Shown piece after piece: positions 49,750-54,522 of a stretch of DNA of 54,522 nucleotides. The position numbers and the translations under genes are program-made. The notes beneath the pieces were generated by a model. It was given only the letters and a program-made list of their open reading frames with translations, was not told where the DNA came from and made no database searches. Source of the DNA: Deinococcales bacterium (GTDB taxonomy: Bacteria; Deinococcota; Deinococci; Deinococcales; JAAFIG01); NCBI GenBank assembly GCA_031414595.1, contig JANNVX010000093.1, positions 1 through 54,522 on the forward strand, written 5' to 3'. Each line of letters begins with the position of its first letter. Position 1 is the first letter of the stretch.

Positions 49750-50111
49750 TATCGCTTCCCACCCTTTTGCTTGCCTTCTGGCATTTCCTCGAGAATGATT
49801 GTGACGTGACTGGTGCGTTTGAGCAGTCCATCACCACGACCACGGGCGCGAGGGATAATGCGTTTCAAGGTTGGACCTTCGTTGACATAAGCACTGCTGA
49901 TGTACAACTGATCCTCGAGCATCTCGAAATTGTTGGTGGCATTCGCCTTAGCACTCTTTAAGACTTTAGCAATTGGTGTGGTTGCACCTTTTGGAATAAA
50001 TTTGAGTAAGTCTTCGGCATCCTTGACGGTTTTGCCACGAATCAGGTCAATCACCAATCGCATTTTACGCGGAGTGATGCGGATAAATTTAGCATGTGCA
50101 AGGCTTTGCAT
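49749..50111 (-). CDS. rplV: 50S ribosomal protein L22
   Basis: PRKMRLVIDLIRGK, PRARGR, KRTSH. Confidence 0.97.
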   Translation of the reverse strand: MQSLAHAKFIRITPRKMRLVIDLIRGKTVKDAEDLLKFIPKGATTPIAKVLKSAKANATNNFEMLEDQLYISSAYVNEGPTLKRIIPRARGRGDGLLKRTSHVTIILEEMPEGKQKGGKR

Positions 50112-50398
50112 TATTTCTTACCTGTTGCCTTTGCATCTTTGCCACCACTGTGACCCTTAAAGATTCGAGTGGGTGAGAATTCACCGAGCTTATGACCGAC
50201 CATGTTCTCAGAAACAAAGACTGGGACGTGTTGCTTTCCATTATGGACAGCAATTGTTAAACCAATCATTTCTGGAACGATGGTGCTACGGCGCGACCAA
50301 GTTTTGATGACGCGCTTATCGTTTTTAGCGCTGGCAGCATCTACTTTGTCGAGCAGGTGGAGATCCACAAATGGACCTTTTTTGGCACTCCTTGGCAT
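50111..50398 (-). CDS. rpsS: 30S ribosomal protein S19
   Basis: [24 protein letters not shown]. Confidence 0.97.
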   Translation of the reverse strand: MPRSAKKGPFVDLHLLDKVDAASAKNDKRVIKTWSRRSTIVPEMIGLTIAVHNGKQHVPVFVSENMVGHKLGEFSPTRIFKGHSGGKDAKATGKK

Positions 50399-50474
50399 TA
50401 TTTAACTCCTTGCTGGGTTATTCCCAGCGCAGACCAGGGGGTATCGGAGCAAGCGCCCCGACCCGACCTGTCCT

Positions 50475-51311
50475 TTATCTCGAGTTCTTACGGCGAGAAA
50501 TGATGAAGCTACTCGAGGTGTTACGCTTCTTACGGGTTTTACCACCCTTAGCAATCTTACCCCAAGGCGATACTGGCGTGCGTCCTGTTGGAGCGCGTCC
50601 TTCACCACCGCCGTGTGGGTGGTCTACTGGGTTCATCGAACTGCCGCGTTGATGTGGCTTATTGCCCATCCAACGTTGACGACCTGCCTTACCGATAACC
50701 ACGTTCTTGTGATCGGCATTGCCAACCACGCCAACTGTGGCATAGCATTCGGTGTGAACCCGACGCAATTCTCCCGAAGGTAGACGAAGCACCACATAAT
50801 CGCCTTCTTTACCTTGGACTTGAGCGCTTGTTCCAGCACTGCGAGCCATTTTTGCACCACGTCCAGGTACTAATTCAATACTGTGGACGACTGTACCAAC
50901 CGGAATAAAACGTAACGGCATGGCATTACCGACTCGAGGTTCGGCTTCTGGACCCGAAACAATTCGGCTACCTATTTCTAAGCCGTCTGGCGCGAGGATA
51001 TAACGCTTCTCGCCGTCGAGGTAATGCAGCAGGGCAATGTTTGCCGAGCGGTTTGGATCGTATTCGATAGCGGCGACTTTGGCTGGCACGCCACCCTTGT
51101 CACGGCGTTTGAAATCAATCACACGATACAAGCGCTTATGTCCGCCACCAATAAAACGACTGGTGGTACGACCCGTATTGCTGCGTCCACCAGTTTTAGG
51201 CAGTGGTTCAGTCAAAGACTTTTCTGGGCGCTTCTTGGTTAAGTTACTAAAGTCAAGGGTCGTGATGTAACGACGGCTTGGCGTATACGGACGATATTCT
51301 TTGGTTGGCAT
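50475..51311 (-). CDS. rplB: 50S ribosomal protein L2
   Basis: [21 protein letters not shown]. Confidence 0.97.
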   Translation of the reverse strand: MPTKEYRPYTPSRRYITTLDFSNLTKKRPEKSLTEPLPKTGGRSNTGRTTSRFIGGGHKRLYRVIDFKRRDKGGVPAKVAAIEYDPNRSANIALLHYLDGEKRYILAPDGLEIGSRIVSGPEAEPRVGNAMPLRFIPVGTVVHSIELVPGRGAKMARSAGTSAQVQGKEGDYVVLRLPSGELRRVHTECYATVGVVGNADHKNVVIGKAGRQRWMGNKPHQRGSSMNPVDHPHGGGEGRAPTGRTPVSPWGKIAKGGKTRKKRNTSSSFIISRRKNSR

Positions 51312-51312
51312 T

Positions 51313-51603
51313 TTAATTTGCCCCCTCAAGCGATTCGATCTTTTGTCCTTCGGCTAACTGCACAATCGCCTTACGGCGAGCCGCAGTCAAACCAGCAAAA
51401 CGACCAACCCGCTTATGAGCGCCGCGCACGTTTTGGACATTGACGGACACCACTTTAACGCCAAATGCTTTTTGCACCGCGTTCTTGACTAAAGTTTTAT
51501 TTGCCCCGGGATGAACCCAAAAGCTGTACTTGCCTTCTGCCATAGCAGCGTAGGCTTTTTCACTCGAGACTGGCTCGAGCAGCACGTCATAAACGGCGTT
51601 CAT
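51313..51603 (-). CDS. rplW: 50S ribosomal protein L23
   Basis: [24 protein letters not shown]. Confidence 0.95.
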   Translation of the reverse strand: MNAVYDVLLEPVSSEKAYAAMAEGKYSFWVHPGANKTLVKNAVQKAFGVKVVSVNVQNVRGAHKRVGRFAGLTAARRKAIVQLAEGQKIESLEGAN

Positions 51604-52709
51604 GCGTCACCTTCTTTGTTTTCAGTTGACACTGCGCGTCCAGCCACTAATTTCTCGGTTAAAGCAACAAAACCAGCTTCATCGCCGCTTGCGAGTAAGG
51701 CAGACTGTTCTGCCCATGTACCAATACTTGGGTGTGAACGCATTCCAGCCGACTCGAGGGCAGCTTTGAGGCTATCTTCGCTTGAGGCTGCAAGTTGTGC
51801 GAATGTATTGATTCCAGCCGCCAACAGCGCGTCATTGATTTTTGGACCAATTCCTTCGATGCGTTTTAGGTCGTCGCCAGCAGCAGCTTTCTTGGCAGCT
51901 TTCGGAGCAGCTTCAACCACTTTGGCTGGTTTTGCAGGAGCAGCCGCTTTTGCTTCGGCAGCAATCGCAGCTTTCGCAACAGTACCTTTAGGACCTTTGG
52001 AGGGTCTAACCACTGCTTCTGGCATTGGATTGGCTTTCAAGGCATTGGCTTGATTACTCGCTTTTACCGCAGCAGCCCGAGCTTCGCTTTTCTCGGCTTG
52101 GTCAGCTTTGAAATTTAGGCTTGTACCAACTGCCTCGAGAACTGCTTTGTCGGCAACCAATTGCTCGTGACGCAAAACGTCATAGCAATTTAAGCCAGCC
52201 GCTTTAACGGCAGTGACCCAGTGTAAATTCTTAGCTGCACGAATTGCCATCAGGTCGTTGGTGACTAAGAACACACGTTCAGAGCCGTCCATGCCATTGG
52301 CTTTTGCCCAAGCAAGAAAACCCTTGGTTTTGCCATCAAGGTTAAAACCATCTACGGCAAGAACTTTGCCTTCGGCAACTCGGCTCGAGACCGCCATGGC
52401 TAAGCCCAACTTACGGACTTTTTTAGGCAGTGTGTAGTCGTAACTGCGTGGTTTAGGACCAAAAGCTGCGCCACCACCAACGTAAATCGGAGCGGAACGG
52501 TCGCCGTGACGGGCGTTGCCGGTTCCCTTTTGGCTGTAGAGCTTTTTACCTGTGCGGCTGACTTCGGCTCTCGTTTGGGTACTGGCAGTACCACGGCGGC
52601 GCTTGGCGAGTTGCCAATTGACCACTTCGTACAAGACATGGGTTTTTGCTGTCGGGAGATTCAACTCGAGACTACCCGGATTATTTCCAATAACGCTAAT
52701 GCTCGGCAT
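51600..52709 (-). CDS. rplD: 50S ribosomal protein L4 with C-terminal Ala/Lys linker and HhH domain
   Basis: RGTASTQTRAEV, QKGTGNARHG, FGPKPR; tail DDLKRIEGIGPK. Confidence 0.95.
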   Translation of the reverse strand: MPSISVIGNNPGSLELNLPTAKTHVLYEVVNWQLAKRRRGTASTQTRAEVSRTGKKLYSQKGTGNARHGDRSAPIYVGGGAAFGPKPRSYDYTLPKKVRKLGLAMAVSSRVAEGKVLAVDGFNLDGKTKGFLAWAKANGMDGSERVFLVTNDLMAIRAAKNLHWVTAVKAAGLNCYDVLRHEQLVADKAVLEAVGTSLNFKADQAEKSEARAAAVKASNQANALKANPMPEAVVRPSKGPKGTVAKAAIAAEAKAAAPAKPAKVVEAAPKAAKKAAAGDDLKRIEGIGPKINDALLAAGINTFAQLAASSEDSLKAALESAGMRSHPSIGTWAEQSALLASGDEAGFVALTEKLVAGRAVSTENKEGDA

Positions 52710-53332
52710 TATTTCCCGCCTCCCTTCTTGGCTTGCTTAATCACCACAAGACCACCATTTGCACCCGGAATCGCACCCTTAATTAAAAGCAGATTTTCCG
52801 AAGCACGAACCTCAACAACCTCGAGATTCTGGGTAGTAATGCGTTCAACACCATAGTGACCCGGCATTTTTTTACCTTTAATAACCCGACCAGGGGTTTT
52901 ACGCGCACCAATCGAACCACCACGACGATGCCATTTCTTCGCACCGTGCGAAGCTGGACCACCTTGGAAATTCCAGCGCTTCATCACACCAGTAAAACCG
53001 CGTCCCTTAGAAGTCCCAACCACGTCCACTTTTTCGCCAGCCGTGAAAATTTCGGCGGTAATGGTGTCCATCTCTGGGGCGTAATCGCGGAATTCACGCA
53101 AGTGACGCATCGGGGCAGATTTTGCTTTCTCGAGATGACCAAGTTCTGGCTTGCTCAAGGCTTTTTTCGGGGTCTCACCGAAACCAATTTGAACTGCACT
53201 GTAACCATCGTTTGCTGGGGTTTTACGCTGCACAACTGGGCAGGGTCCCGCCAGCACGACAGTCACTGGGATAACCTTGTCATTTTTCCAGACTTGGGTC
53301 ATACCGACTTTTGTGCCGAGGATGCCTTTCAT
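52709..53332 (-). CDS. rplC: 50S ribosomal protein L3
   Basis: KVGMTQ, DGYSAVQ, SKGRGF, KGAIPG. Confidence 0.97.
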   Translation of the reverse strand: MKGILGTKVGMTQVWKNDKVIPVTVVLAGPCPVVQRKTPANDGYSAVQIGFGETPKKALSKPELGHLEKAKSAPMRHLREFRDYAPEMDTITAEIFTAGEKVDVVGTSKGRGFTGVMKRWNFQGGPASHGAKKWHRRGGSIGARKTPGRVIKGKKMPGHYGVERITTQNLEVVEVRASENLLLIKGAIPGANGGLVVIKQAKKGGGK

Positions 53333-53649
53333 GCAGCACCTCCTACAGTCTTGACTTCAATCTCAACGCCACTTGGTAAATCCAAGGTGCTTAAGCTCTC
53401 GATGGTTTTCTTGGTTGGATTGGTAATATCCACCAAGCGGTTGTGGGTACGAAGCTCGAAATGTTCACGGCTATCTTTGTGCTTGAACGGTCCACGAATC
53501 ACAGTAAAGCGACGAATACGGGTTGGCAACGGAATTGGTCCAGCCACATCTGCGCCAGAGCGCTTGACTGCATCCACAATTTTCGCGGCGCTCGAGTCTA
53601 ACGAGCGGTGGTCAAAGCCACGCAATTTAATACGAATTTTAGGTCCCAT
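53329..53649 (-). CDS. rpsJ: 30S ribosomal protein S10
   Basis: KIRIKL, GPIPLPT, SREHFE. Confidence 0.97.
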   Translation of the reverse strand: MGPKIRIKLRGFDHRSLDSSAAKIVDAVKRSGADVAGPIPLPTRIRRFTVIRGPFKHKDSREHFELRTHNRLVDITNPTKKTIESLSTLDLPSGVEIEVKTVGGAA

Positions 53650-53700
53650 GCTTACTCCAAAACTGTCAAGTGTCTGTATTAATTATCAGACGACAAAGTA

Positions 53701-53729
53701 CCGCGCAGGGGCGTTAAACCTGTGCGCGG
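53701..53729 (-). terminator. Hairpin downstream of tuf
   Basis: CCGCGCA..GG / CC..TGCGCGG stem right after the tuf stop; weak U-tail. Confidence 0.45.
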
Positions 53730-53738
53730 TGAATAAAT

Positions 53739-54522
53739 TTACTCAAGAATTTCTGTAACTACGCCAGCCCCAACGGTGCGACCACCTTCACGAATTGCAA
53801 ATCGCAATTCTTTTTCCATCGCAATTGGTTTAATCAATTCAACTTCAAAGTTAATCTGATCGCCAGGCATGACCATTTCCACACCTTCGGGTAAGGTCAC
53901 AATTCCAGTTACATCGGTAGTACGAAAGTAAAATTGTGGTCGGTAGCCAGCAAAGAACGCAGAGTGACGACCGCCTTCATCTTTATTTAAGACATAAACA
54001 CTGGCTTTGAATTTGGTGTGTGGTTTGATGCTATTGGTTTTACTTAAGACTTGTCCACGTTCAATGTCTTCGCGTTTTACACCACGTAATAGGACTCCGA
54101 CATTATCACCAGCCATACCTTCATCCAAGAGTTTACGGTGCATTTCCACACCAGTCACGACTGATTTAACAGTATCTTTCAAACCGACAATTTCAACTTC
54201 TTCGTTGACGCGGCACTTACCACGTTCAATCCGACCTGTTGCCACTGTTCCACGTCCAGTGATGGTAAAGACATCTTCGACTGGCATCAGGAATGGTAGG
54301 TCAACCGCACGTTCTGGGGTTGGGATGAAGCTATCAACCGCATCGAGTAAGTTCCAGATGGCATCTACCCATTTATTTTCACCACGCGGGGTTTTTGGGG
54401 CAGTCACCAAGAAGTCTAATGCTTCTTTAGCCGAACCACGAACGATTGGAATATCATCACCTGGAAAATCGTATTTACTTAGCAGTTCACGAACTTCCAT
54501 TTCGACTAGCTCGAGCAGTTCT
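53739..54522 (-). CDS. tuf: Elongation factor Tu (5' part outside window)
   Basis: [38 protein letters not shown]. Confidence 0.98.
   Translation of the reverse strand, partial: ELLELVEMEVRELLSKYDFPGDDIPIVRGSAKEALDFLVTAPKTPRGENKWVDAIWNLLDAVDSFIPTPERAVDLPFLMPVEDVFTITGRGTVATGRIERGKCRVNEEVEIVGLKDTVKSVVTGVEMHRKLLDEGMAGDNVGVLLRGVKREDIERGQVLSKTNSIKPHTKFKASVYVLNKDEGGRHSAFFAGYRPQFYFRTTDVTGIVTLPEGVEMVMPGDQINFEVELIKPIAMEKELRFAIREGGRTVGAGVVTEILE

Noticed and set aside
50402-50608. 68-aa ORF spanning rplB end and spacer
   Set aside because: Alternative frame within rplB; the spacer is better explained as RNA structure
52856-53758. 300-aa plus-strand ORF and other long antisense ORFs over r-protein genes
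   Set aside because: Shadow frames of conserved minus-strand genes, with no recognisable motifs
1-54522. CTCGAG excess as cloning or XhoI ligation artefact
   Set aside because: Sites sit in-frame within intact conserved genes with continuous synteny
1-54522. tRNA, rRNA or prophage genes
   Set aside because: No cloverleaf, rRNA signature or phage gene recognised by eye

Overview
Chromosomal window from a bacterium most consistent with Deinococcota (Thermus-type homoaconitase LysT, PolX-PHP, Deinococcus-like L14/IF-1, many apparently leaderless genes), but with GC under about 50% by eye. Bases 1-36.1 kb hold mixed housekeeping and accessory genes: a TPR regulator, a frameshifted peptide ABC binding protein, clpA, cimA, GSIII, aroE, hicBA, lysT, polX, fabG and a 7-PAS sensor. 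Bases 36.1-54.5 kb are the contiguous tuf-S10-spc-alpha ribosomal superoperon on the minus strand. The strongest unexplained signal is the palindrome CTCGAG: about 245 copies by hand count against about 12 expected, in all reading frames and inside terminators, like a HIP1-type highly iterated palindrome. Other highlights are ribosomal protein L4 fused to an Ala/Lys linker plus helix-hairpin-helix domain, a Uma2-YefM-YoeB cassette inserted between infA and rpmJ, a Clp-N/ribbon-helix-helix fusion, several structured intra-operon leaders, heptamer inverted repeats and REP-like palindromes. All family assignments are from motif recognition by eye; no searches were run.
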